A stretch of DNA of 64,000 nucleotides from Balanoglossus misakiensis (taxonomy: Eukaryota > Animalia > Hemichordata): contig CM082585.2 in assembly GCA_040954595.2 (NCBI GenBank), forward strand, positions 758,814 to 822,813. Reading direction: 5' to 3'. A program made the translations under genes and the position numbers. Position 1 is the stretch's first letter. Each line of letters begins with the position of its first letter. Shown here in pieces: positions 50,001 through 62,005 of this stretch. The notes beneath the pieces were generated by a model. That model saw only the letters and a program-made list of their open reading frames with translations. It had not been told where the DNA came from and ran no database searches.

Positions 50001-52497
50001 AATCGACGAAAATTTGAGATTTTGCAAAGTCGAAAATTTTGTCATTTTTTGATGATTTTCAACCCTGATTTTTCTTCAAAAATCGACGAAATTTTGAGAT
50101 TTTGCAAAATCGAAAATTTGTCATTTTTTGATGATTTTCCCCCAGTGGTTTTTTTCAAAATCGACGAAATTTTGAGATTTTGCAAAGTCGAAAATTTGTC
50201 ATTTTTTGATGATTTTCCCCCATGATTTTTTTTCAAAAATGGACGAAATTTTGAGATTTTGCAAAGACGAAAATTTGTCATTTTTTGATGATTTTCACCC
50301 ATGATTTTTTTTCAAAAATCGACGAAATTTTGAGATTTTGCAAAGTCGAAAATGTGTCATTTTTTGATGATTTTCACCCGTTTTTTTTCAAAATTTGTCA
50401 TTTTTTGATGATTTTCACCCATGATTTTTTTTCAAAAATCGACGAAATTTTGAGATTTTGCAAAGTCGAAAATTTGTCATTTTTTGATGATTTTCACCCA
50501 TGATTTTCTTCAAAAATCGACGAAATGTTGAGATTTTGCAAAGTCGAAAATTTTGTCATTTTTTGATGATTTTCAACCATGATTTTTTTTTCAAAAATCG
50601 ACGAAAATTTGAGATTTTGCAAAGATGAAAATTTGTCATTTTTGATGATTTTTACCCATAATTTTTTTTCAGAAATGGACGAAATTTTGAGATTTTGCAA
50701 AGTCGAAAATGTGTCATTTTTTGATGATTTTCACCCGTTTTTTTTTCAAAATTTGTCATTTTTTCATGATTTTCACCCATGATTTTTTTCAAAAATCGAC
50801 GAAATTTTGAGATTTTGCAAAGTCGAAAATTTGTCATTTTTTGATGATTTTCACCCATGATTTTTTTCAAAAATCGACGAAATTTTGAGATTTTGCAAAG
50901 TCGAAAATGTGTCATTTTTTGATGATTTTCACCCATGTTTTTTTTTTAAAAATCGACGAACCTATGATTTTTTTCAAAATCGACGAAATTTTGTGATTTT
51001 GCAAAGTCGAAAATTTTGTCATTTTTTGATGATTTTCAACAATGATTTTTTTTCAAAAATCGACGAAATTTTGAGATTTTGCAAAGTCGAAAATTTTGTC
51101 ATTTTTTGATGATTTTCAACCATGATTTTTTTTCAAAAATCGACGAAAATTTGAGATTTTGCAAAGTCGAAAATTTTGTCATTTTTTGATGATTTTCAAC
51201 CCTGATTTTTCTTCAAAAATCGACGAAATTTTGAGATTTTGCAAAATCGAAAATTTGTCATTTTTTGATGATTTTCCCCCAGTGGTTTTTTTCAAAATCG
51301 ACGAAATTTTGAGATTTTGCAAAGTCGAAAATTTGTCATTTTTTGATGATTTTCCCCCATGATTTTTTTTCAAAAATGGACGAAATTTTGAGATTTTGCA
51401 AAGACGAAAATTTGTCATTTTTTGATGATTTTCACCCATGATTTTTTTTCAAAAATCGACGAAATTTTGAGATTTTGCAAAGTCGAAAATGTGTCATTTT
51501 TTGATGATTTTCACCCGTTTTTTTTCAAAATTTGTCATTTTTTGATGATTTTCACCCATGATTTTTTTTCAAAAATCGACGAAATTTTGAGATTTTGCAA
51601 AGTCGAAAATTTGTCATTTTTTGATGATTTTCACCCATGATTTTCTTCAAAAATCGACGAAATTTCGAGATTTTGCAAAGTCGAAAATTTGTCATTTTTT
51701 GATTATTTTCACCCATGATTTTTTTCAAAAATCGACGAAATTTTGAGATTTTGCGAAGTCGAAAATTTGTCATTTTTTGATGATTTTCACCCATGATTTT
51801 TTTCTAAAATCGACGAAATGTTGAGATTTTGCAAAGTCGAAAATTTGTCATTTTTTGATGATTTTCACCCATGATTTTTTTCAAAAATCGACGAAATGTT
51901 GAGATTTTGCAAAGTCGAAAATTTTGTCATTTTTTGATGATTTTCAACCATGATTTTTTTTCAAAAATCGACGAAAATTTGAGATTTTGCAAAGATGAAA
52001 ATTTGTCATTTTTGATGATTTTTACCCATAATTTTTTTTCAGAAATGGACGAAATTTTGAGATTTTGCAAAGTCGAAAATGTGTCATTTTTTGATGATTT
52101 TCACCCGTTTTTTTTTCAAAATTTGTCATTTTTTCATGATTTTCACCCATGATTTTTTTAAAAAATCGACGAAATTTTGAGATTTTGCAAAGTCGAAAAT
52201 TTGTCATTTTTTGATGATTTTCACCCATGATTTTTTTCAAAAATCGACGAAATTTTGAGATTTTGCAAAGTCGAAGATGATTTTCACCCATGATTTTTTT
52301 CAAAAATCGACGAAATTTTGAGATTTTGCAAAGTCGAAAATTTGTCATTTTTTGAGGATTTTCACCCATGATTTTTTTCAAAATTGACGAAATTTTGAGA
52401 TTTTGCAAAGTCGAAAATTTCTCATTTTTTGATGCATTTTCACCCATGATTTTTTTTCAAAAATCGACGAAATTTTGAGATTTTGCAAAGTCGAAAA
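17098..52497 (+). repeat. Satellite DNA array, 78-bp monomer, 35.4 kb, roughly 450-480 monomers, single orientation
   Basis: Consensus CACCCATGATTTTTTTCAAAAATCGACGAAATTTTGAGATTTTGCAAAGTCGAAAATTTGTCATTTTTTGATGATTTT. The 26-aa period in the ORF track confirms 78 bp. Confidence 0.99.
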
Positions 52498-54026
52498 CAA
52501 GCATCGTCCGATTCGAATTCGACTCGTCATCGGTAGCTTTGTTTATTTCGCCCTTGGAGACCTCCCCTGGCCTCGTTAGGATGACTGTTACCAGGACTAC
52601 CTTAAACCAATCTTTTCGAACCGGACGGTACACACGTCATGTCTTTGTTAATTGTCCAGGTACCAGAGTGTACGTGTGGGCTCCCTAAACCACTCATTGG
52701 CGGCCGGTCCCTGTCCGAATAAACACGTTTGACAGACAAAAAATGATGAACAAGTGGCTTATTTCAATACTTCGTTAACTAGACGGCTGAACTCTGAATG
52801 TTGATTCAGCAAAAAAAATGTGTTTACGGCAAGGTTTCGATCAATACGACACATTTACCATTGAAAACGCCCAAAGTAAGTGGGGGCGTTTGACCATCAA
52901 TCAAAACCACGCCCAGGTGCATGTGAACGGCCGAAGCAGTGTAACGTTTCACATTCCGTGCAACGTCCGACACTGTGTGAAAGCGGTTGCTGTCGGGTGG
53001 CTTGACCTAATTTTCGTACATTGATATGCATTTGACACCTCACTACCTGTTTACTCAATATTGCTAAAACTTTGCGTTGAAATATCACTGAAATGTTGAT
53101 GATCCACGCACAAGTCGTCTACCCCGGCATGAAAAGCGTCTTATACAAGAAAACTAATTGCACATGACCACCAAGGTCATACCGCAAGGTGTGTCTAAAT
53201 GTCAAGGAAGGACACTTGGGTCAAGAACGACCATGACGGAGGAAAAACCGACAAGTCATTGTGTAACCTGTTTACTTGCCAATAGTCAAACGTCAAAATT
53301 TACTCTCAACTTGGTTGCAGATCGAGTCTCCCGAATTTCCAACTTTTATGATTGGGTAAATACCGATATGCGACTGGTATGCGACGCGTTGACGACGCGA
53401 AGATTTTGTTGAAATCAAATGGTTTGTCAAATGTCATCTCACACTGGAGATACCGTGGTCATCTGACATGAAAGGGTTCGATTGGGTCTGACCGCCGTCG
53501 TTCATCCATGCTTAGAAAGCGGCGATCATGGTACAAAGTAAAACCAAGGTCAAACCTTACTGAACACATGTATTGCATGGAGAAACTTTTCTCCCTGTCT
53601 GTGTACTGAACACGTACCGTGATTGCCATAGTTACAAACGTTACCACGTGAGAGAGATTGCATTTTACATCTGTCTTTTCAATTTTGTTGCTTTCTTACT
53701 ATTCGGAATGATGGAGTCGAAACGAAAACTTTTTGCTTCAGGTGGACCTAGGGGAAATACCTTATTTGTGACTTTTTTCATGACCCTAAAAAGACGTCGG
53801 AATTAATGTGGCTGAGGTCACTCAGGACGACGGAATGGTTGAGCGATTTTATTTTATGAGCTCCCACTAGTATTTGTTTTATTGTTTCGGCAGTGTGTCG
53901 CGTTATTCGAGCAATCTGCAGTCTGAAAACGAACGGTTTTCAAAGTTTATAACAGAAGAACAGGGGTTTAAGCATGAAAGGTCCTGTTGTCTCCCTCGCT
54001 GTGTTTGTGTCACTGTGTCTTTGACG

Positions 54027-54225
54027 TCTGACTGACTGATTAACTGTCTGACTGACTTACTGACTGTCTGTCAACGTCGGTCTGTCTGACTGTCTGCCCC
54101 CTCTCTCTGAGAGAGAGAGTGAGCGAGCGAGCGAGCGAGCGACCGGTGAGTGTCTCTACTGATGAATGTTGCTCTGTCTGTCTGCTTGTGTCTGTCTGCC
54201 ACTCTGCCTGTTTCACTCTGTCTCT
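54027..54225. repeat. Compound microsatellite, paralog of 10137-10330
   Basis: Same motifs, with two extra GAGC units. Confidence 0.8.
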
Positions 54226-55004
54226 CCTAATTTCTTTAAAATTAGGGATATGCTATTAATGCGATATGAAAGTCAGACACGACGGAAACCTTTTATTCTC
54301 AAAACTGTCTGTTGTTTGCTGTTAAATATTGCAAAAGGTTAAGGGCCCTTTTCGCACGAGACACATGGCTTTGCAGCCGTAGCTCCCAATGTCATAACGA
54401 TTACCCGAACTACCCTAATTTTAGCCCGCCGACCCAAAACAGTTTAGATCTTCGCAAACCGGAAGTAAAAATAACGATGTCAAATATAAAACAATTCATG
54501 AAAATTGCGAGAATCACGCAAGAACTATGATGTCATTCTTCTACACTACGACGGCCAAAGATATAAAAAAAATTGAAAAATAAAAAAATGTCCCTTTCTA
54601 CCTACAATATTTTTGAAAACCATGTAATCGGAATAGCACATATTAGTTTTTTTGGCCTGAGACATATCCAATTTCCCAACTGAACATGACACGTGATCAA
54701 GCATTTTCGACTTATCAGATGCAATCGCTGAACACCACACTGAGCGAGGTTTTGTCTGTCTTTATACGCGCCCTTTGTATTTGTGCGTGACATGTCCAAG
54801 CCTTGTTAGGAACTCCCGTAAAATTCTACTCAAATGATGTATACTTTCATACTTACGACTGACAGGTATTTTCAGCGTTGCAGCTGATTGTTTGTCAGGT
54901 ACCGCTTTATAACAAGACGCCCCTCTGAGTTGATAACCTGCAATGTAACATCATTCAATTGGTCTAGTCATGTTAGCATTAGTAAAATGCTTCAAAAGTG
55001 TTAA

Positions 55005-55287
55005 AGGGACATGATACAAGACACCGTTTATGTTAGTGAATGAACGTTCAACCACACACAACTTCCATCCGGCTTGTATGATACGAGAGTAAAAACTCGC
55101 CCGAAATGAATAAATGGTAGAGACCGTTTATTCATTTTGGCTACTTTTTAAAACTCTCGTGTCTATACAAGAAGGTGTGTATGGTTGAACGTTGGTTCAC
55201 TATATCCATATGTAGAATAATATAAACGCAGTCTTGTATCAAACATAATTAATGGAAAAAGGGCAGCGAGAGAGAGACTTTGTCCCT
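55005..55287. mobile_element. Palindromic TTAA MITE, paralog of 11110-11400
   Basis: TTAA|AGGGACA...TGTCCCT|TTAA. Confidence 0.75.
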
Positions 55288-55927
55288 TTAATGAATACAG
55301 CCACAATGTTCTGTTTATATCTACTGACGGACCAGGCATGGATTGTCACGTATAATTCTTTGAAACGTTTGGTCCTCTGAAGAAATCTGAGCACTCATCT
55401 ACTCAGTTTGCTTATTTTGTCTTCCTCCACCAGTCAGTGGTATCGTCCGATTTGATACTCCACTCTAAGCCTCTTTCTGAATGGCTCTTTAAGTTGTGAT
55501 CTGTAAGTCTTAAACCTTTCATCATCCCCCCCCCCCCCCCGTTTCCTCTTTAGAGGTCGTCAACTGGTAAACTGTGCGCCTGTGTCTCTTCCCATAGGAG
55601 TACATGGAGAATAGTTAGAAAACTCACTTCTACTATTGTCATTTTCATGAAATTTTACACATAGCTCCGACAAATCAAAATAAATTCATCACGCTCTATT
55701 TTGAGATAAACTTTGTTCAATATTGTATCCATAGACAAACCATTGGTAGAAAATGCTGACCGTTAGCAGTTTTCTTCAATTGTCGACTAAATTCACGGCC
55801 TTGTTTAAAGTCGAAAACAAGTGCAGTGACCCAAAATGGATTTTCATTATACATACAAATCAGAAACGAAAATTCACGATTAAAAGAAATGACAATGCTT
55901 TCAATTTTACTGATCGTACATCCTTAA

Positions 55928-56247
55928 CTCGCTGCCCTTTTCCATGTTTGATACAAAACACCGTTTATATTAATGTAAATGTGGATATATAGTGATGCAA
56001 CGTTCAACCGCACACACCTTCTATCCCGCATGTAGACACGAGAGCGAAAACTCGCAAAACTGAAAAATCGGTCTCTACCATTAATTCATTTTGGGCGAGT
56101 TTTTACTCTCATATCATACAAGCAGGATGGAAGTTGTGTGTGGTTGAACGTTCATTCACTACATAAACACATGCCCATTAATATAAACGGTGTCTTGTAT
56201 CAAACATAATTAATAGAAAAGGGCGACGAGAGAGAGAGTTTGTCCCT
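55928..56247. mobile_element. Palindromic TTAA MITE, paralog of 12220-12539
   Basis: Near-identical to the copy A element and TTAA-flanked. Confidence 0.75.
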
Positions 56248-57575
56248 TTAAGGCGACATGATGCATGAAGTGGCGAGAGATAAACGCGGCTGACCACCGC
56301 ATTAAACACTGTCAAGCAAGGCACTTCAAATGCCAATTGTTTAAGTGTGTACTAAGTAATAGGTTCATGTACCATGGGGGGGGGGGGTCAAATCACAACA
56401 GTTGGACATGTACGAATATGAAGAGACGATATCAGTTTGTTCATGTCTTCCTTTAGTAAAAAATCTTTTTTGAACTTTGTATAGAATTCATTGAACTTTA
56501 CTTTAGCTTATGAACTCTCATTTGCACATCGTCATCTTGAAATTGTGTCGACTTTATCATAAGGTTTTTATAACTCAACTAGGTCGCAAAACCTATTTAA
56601 GTTAGTGAGAATAGGACGTTCACCTTTTGGGTTGATGGCTACAGCCGTTAATCCTGACTCATACACATGTTGCAGCCAGTATACTCTGCAGACATTAGAC
56701 ACAATAGTTTTACGAACCATTAAATTTTATTGGACCATCAAGTTTATTGACCCATGACGTTCATATAGATTTTATGACACGACTGACGCTATAATCGGTC
56801 CTTACCTTTGGCGAGCCAAGTGTTTTATAACATCATAAGATATTAATACCTATCACCCAGTCAAACGATTTCAAGTTATAAAATTTCCACGCCAATAGGA
56901 CGCCTTTAGGTGGAAATGCAACCAGGTATCCTAAATAGGAAAATATTCCGGGTATCTGTCAAGTTTAGTCCCATATTTAGGGGACCAAGAGCCCTCAGGC
57001 GCTTGGTCCCCTTCTGTTATTGCTGGAGTTTGTCTTCTTTCTTCTTGAGTCGTTTTTTGCGCCCGTTTTTCTCTGAAATTCCGGCAGGTGCGCCTCCAAA
57101 TTTGGCACGGTGGTTGGGGCCCATGAGTACTGGTGCACCTGCCCTTTGAATTTGTAATTAGTCACGTGACTTTGTTGCTATAATCGAGCGAAATTTTCAA
57201 ATTGACCTAATTTGCACGTTAATGGGGGCATGTACATTCTTTTCGCGATTTTTGTAGACCATGTGGCCAAAATCCCCTGTGCCAAATTTCAAGGTCCTAG
57301 GCCACGTCGATTTTGAGAAGAAGATTTTTGTAATATTTTTTCGCATTTTTTGGTGGGCTGAGGACGGACACTGGGGCATCGGACTTTGACCGTCATTACG
57401 TAATGTTGTGGAGATCTCATTAGCAGGCTACTCACTTCTGGCGGGTTGCAGTAGTCCTTGGAAAATCGGCTGAAATACGTAAACAGACCAGTGATTATTT
57501 TCCACGGAATGAATTTTGGGACAACACATTATCGGAGTTCAGGCTGTGTTAGGGCGTTTTATTGAATTACGCTGA

Positions 57576-60132
57576 GTTTGGATTGACCACTGTGTTACCA
57601 CTAAAATTTTTTATAGCAATGTTCTTTCAATTTCGAGTCTTTGCAATGTTGTTGACTCCGACCATATTCCTGTTTCAATAGAGGTTCATTTCAACACTTC
57701 TGCTGATGAATGCTTCAGCAGTAGTTCCTTCAAGCAATGTAATTTTCGAGTTGATTGGAAAAAATTGTCACAGCAGAATATATCCGCCTACACCCGTTGT
57801 ACCAAAGCCAAGGTTGATAAGATTAATATATCCGAAGAGTTATTCTGCACTAATGTGAACTGTACATACCCTTCGCATTTACAGGCAATTGATACTTGTT
57901 ATAGTAGTGTTGTGGACGCATTGAATTGTGCTGCAAAAGATACCATTAGGCGTAAGTTTCACCAGAAAGTTCATGTTGTGCCTGGCTGGAACGATTTTGT
58001 AAAAGAAAGTCACGACTATGCCCGTTCCATGTTTTTATTATGGGTTAATGGGGGTAAACCTTAACAAGGCCCGCTTTTTGAAACCATGAAATCTTCCAGA
58101 GCTCGTTTTAAGTATGCTTTACGTGCTTGTAAAAAGATTGAGAATCAAAATAGGGCTGACAAGATGGCTGACAATTTACGCTGCCACAAACAGAACGACT
58201 TCTGGAAGGAAGTCAGAAAGCAAACTAGCAGAAAAATGCCGCTTTCTGACACTGTAGGTGGAGCGACTGGTGAGAGTGAAATTGCAATTATGTGGCACAA
58301 GCATTTCAGTGATATTTTGAATTCTGTCCAGGCTCAGACTGGTAAAAATGACATCGAGGAGAAAATGAAGTATGTTAAATTTTCTTCTGATATGTATGTT
58401 TCTGAAGAAGAAGTAATTTCTGCTATACATAAGTTACCTGACGATAAGACAGCTGGCATTGACAATATTTCAGCTGAGCACCTCAAATTCTCAGACTCCT
58501 CTATTTTACCCATTTTGACTTGATTGTTCATGGTTACCTGCAAACTGAGGCTATCAAAGTTATTTTAGTTCCAATTAAGGATAAAACTAAGCTTTGTAGT
58601 GATGCCAGTAACTACCGGCCGATAGCACTAGCAACTGTTTTCTCTAAAGTTTTTGAGCCTATTTTACTTTCTCGTTGTGAGGAGTTTCTTACCTCTCATT
58701 ATTTACAATTTGGTTTCAAGCGAGAACATTCAACTGACCTGTGTTTATTTGCATTTAAAGAAATCATTAGCTACTACACCAGCAATGGAAGACCAGTGTT
58801 TACTTGTTTTCTGGATGCTTCAAAAGCTTTTGACAGAGTTAATCACTTTAAACTGGTTAACAAGCTCATCGACAGGAATGTTCCCTTGTATGCTGTACGA
58901 ATTTTATATTAAAGGTCCCATGCCATGCCCTATACAACCACGCGTAAAATCACTATTTGGGTCTTGAAGTTAACGTATGTTACTATCTTGCAATGCGTTT
59001 TGCCCCTTGTGCTTAGATAACAAGCAAGTAAAAGTGGCGGGTGGGCGTGTACCCCTAACCCAACTCAGTCGATTTTTTTTGGCTTTTCGAAGTTAAGCCG
59101 AAGACTTATCTTGATGTGGACAAATAGTCTTTCAAACCTTTGTAAATCCTCTGCCTGCAATGTGAGGCAAGGGCTTCCTTTGCTTTGAACACTGTTTATA
59201 TAGCTTATCTTTGTCTGTGGACTTAATTACTCATGGACCGATAATTACACTTTACTGTAAACAGAATGGTACACTACGACATAGTGTACTTGTTTGTCCA
59301 TATGCAAATACCTTCGCCTGGCTCGAGTGCGAAGTGGCTCCCCGATCACAGGCATGAAAAAAGGTGGCAAATTCCGGCATTCATGCACATTTTTCGGAAC
59401 CGACACAATAGGCAATGCATAGACAGGTACCCTAGGTGAGCTTTTGACGTGGAAAAATGAAAACTTTCCAAAGCATGACATGTGACCTTTAATGGTACAG
59501 AAATCAATTGTTTACTGTGTTGTGGGGTAATGAAACCTCAGAGTTGTTTTCTGTTTCTAACGGTGTAAGACAAGGGGGAGTACTCTCTCCCTATCTTTTT
59601 AATGTCTACATTGATGATCTTATCAATGCACTCTGTAAAGCCAAAGTTGGCTGTACCATGTGTGGTGTCAGCGCTAACACTTTAGGTTACGCTGACGACA
59701 TGACTCTACTCAGTCCAAGTATTAAGGGTCTACACCGTCTTCTTAGAATTTGTGAAATTTATGGCAAGGATTATGATATAATTTATAATTCTAGTAAAAC
59801 TGTGTGCATGCTTTTTAATGGGAAGAATATGAGCGTTCAAAGAATTCCTTCGGTTAAACTTAATGACATCACTTTAAAGTTTGTACCTGTACACACCTAT
59901 CTGGGCCATGTTATATCTTGTGAGGGTTGTGATAATGAAGATATTGAACTGATAATGAAGATATTGAACGACAGAGAAGAGCATTTTGTGTTAGAGCAAA
60001 CATGCTATTGAGACATTTTCAACATTTTAGTCAAGATGTGAAGAAAGTTTTATTTTTGGCATATTGTAGTAATATTTACTGTTGCAGTTTGTGGGCATCC
60101 TTTAAAGTAAAACCGATGAAAAAATTTAAAAC
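57576..60132 (+). mobile_element. Paralog of the APE-RT LINE, more decayed (frameshifts, MITE insertion, 3' end deleted)
   Basis: ORFs 57765, 58086, 58520, 59508 and 60002 match copy A. A 20-bp tandem duplication lies near 59931-59969. The sequence joins directly to CAGTGGACTTTGAC at 60132. Confidence 0.9.
58913..59488. mobile_element. Non-autonomous Kolobok-type DNA transposon (576 bp)
   Basis: TTAA TSD (58909-58912 and 59489-59492); TIR AGGTCCCATGCCATGC / GCATGACATGTGACCT (14/16). Empty TTAA site at 15234-15237 in copy A. Confidence 0.88.
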
Positions 60133-60839
60133 AGTGGACTTTGACCCTAAGTCGCTAATGTTGTGGGAGGTTTCATTAGCATTGTAGTCACATGTAGTGG
60201 GTAGTAGTTTGGGAAATTGGCTGAAATACGTCAGCAGACCAGTGATTTTCTTGCACGACAGGAGTATGGTACCAGCAATAATCAGAGATCAGGCTTCGTT
60301 GCCGTTCAAAAGTTCCTACTTCAGTCGTGATGTTGCAACTGGACGTTCAGTATGGGGGTCGGCCCGCAGGTGGCCGTGTGGGTTATCAGGTCGCCCGTAA
60401 CGGCACGCAGCTACATGCAGCTGTATGGGACTAAAATAATACACCCGATTCGGGTGTCACCTGTGACACCTGCATAACTCAATAATTATGTGCATGCGTA
60501 ATTGTGGGGTCAATGAAAGGGGTGGTAGCGTGCTATTTGTTGCACATGGATCAATATGAAGTCCGATTTTCCCGTCAAGTTGTGGGCGACCTTATGTGAC
60601 CTTTCACCTACTTTTGCTTAGTGAGCATCCACAGCAGATGCATGCAGCTTTGGCTTGGGAGGGGGGGGGGGGCATATACGGATGGGACCATAATGATATA
60701 CCAAAGGCGGGGTCGTCTGTTGCACCTGCCTAAGTCATTGATTTTGTACATTTAATTAGACACTAACCAACAGGGCGATAGGTGTGGTTTTTGTTCCACA
60801 GGGACGAATGTAAGTGTCAGTTGGTTTTTGCCCAAATGT

Positions 60840-62005
60840 CCATTGAGGCCTGTATCCGTGATCTTAAGGACTGGATAACCCAAAACAAGCTTCAACTCAA
60901 CGACTCCAAAACTGAGATTCTACTTATTCGTTCACAATTTCATCACTCTGCTGATGCTATTGACAAGATTACCATTGGTTCAAGCTCTGTTCCCGTCGTT
61001 AAATCAGCTCGCAATATTGGTGGAATATTTAAGCAATAAAACACCCCCAGCCATGGTATACCACGAGATTTTGACCAGTTCACGACATATACGCACGAGC
61101 GATAGCGAGTGCGTATATGGAGTTGAACTGGTCAAAATCGAGTGGTATACCATAGCTGGGGGTGTTTTATTGCTATTATATTATGCCAGTATATTGAAAC
61201 TTTGCATAAAACATTTTAAAAGGGCATTTTCTTTGACTATGATATATGACTGTGGTATATGGCTAATATATCACGGTCACGTGTCGTGTCTCGACCAATC
61301 AAATAGCGTGATTTACACCATCAATATACTGGTATGATATAATTGACAATACGCACATGTATAAAGATCACATCAAGAAAACTTGTCAATCAATATATTA
61401 CCACTTTCGCCGTGTCGGACAAATCAGGAAATTTCTTAACAAAGCAACATGTCAAACAGTGATTCATGCTATTTTGGCAGCGAAACTCGACTATGGTAAT
61501 GCATTACTGTATGGTATACCAGAACGCAGTCTGAACCTTCTACAACGCACACAAAATACAGCTGCAAGAATCATAACTCGGTCCAGGAAGTCTGCCCATA
61601 TAACGCCAGTTCTTCAACTTCTTCATTGGTTACCAGTTCGCCACAGGATAGAGTATAAAATAAATCTGCTCACATACAAAGCCTTAAATAATCTCGCTCC
61701 GAACTATATCCGCGATCTCATTCGGACATATTCTCCTGGTCGCAGGCTTCGTTCAGCTAATAAGAGCCTTTTATGCACTACAATGTACAAACGTTCTTCA
61801 TACGGTGGCCGAGCATTCTCTCATGCTGCAACGAAACTGTGGAACATTCGTCAAGCTCCAAGTTTGAGTATCTTTAAGAAAAGACTGAAGACGCATTATT
61901 TCGCAAGAGCATATGGTGTGGGCCAATGAGCACAAGCGCCTTTGAGTATGACACTTGTTATAGATACTGGCGCTATACAAATTTCTCTGATTGATTGATT
62001 GATTG
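60840..62005 (+). mobile_element. 5'-truncated L2-clade (CR1 group) LINE fragment
   Basis: Encodes WITQNKLQLNDSKTE, KLDYGNALLYG, LQRTQNTAARII and HITPVLQLLHWLPV. Has a (GATT)n tail and a possible ATGT TSD. Absent at about 16963-16966 in copy A. Confidence 0.9.
61031..61342. mobile_element. Small non-autonomous element with a long one-ended hairpin (Crypton-like or HINE-like), nested in the L2
   Basis: Interrupts L2 codons GGA ATA TTT|GAC AAT. 61032-61174 is a near-perfect inverted repeat. Only TT is duplicated at the ends. Confidence 0.8.

Noticed and set aside
17098-52497. More than 100 ORFs encoding K/R/F-rich 26-aa repeats (MGENHQKMTNFRLCKISKFRRFLKKI)
   Set aside because: A by-product of a 78-bp unit that is divisible by 3 and stop-free in one frame. 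Homopolymer length changes break the frame every few units, so there is no sign of coding constraint.
17098-52497. CRISPR-like or telomeric array
   Set aside because: No unique spacers, no cas genes and no short G-rich telomere motif; the context is eukaryotic TE DNA.
52505-52530. Possible tRNA/SINE B-box (GATTCGAATTC)
   Set aside because: Imperfect match, with no A-box or cloverleaf.
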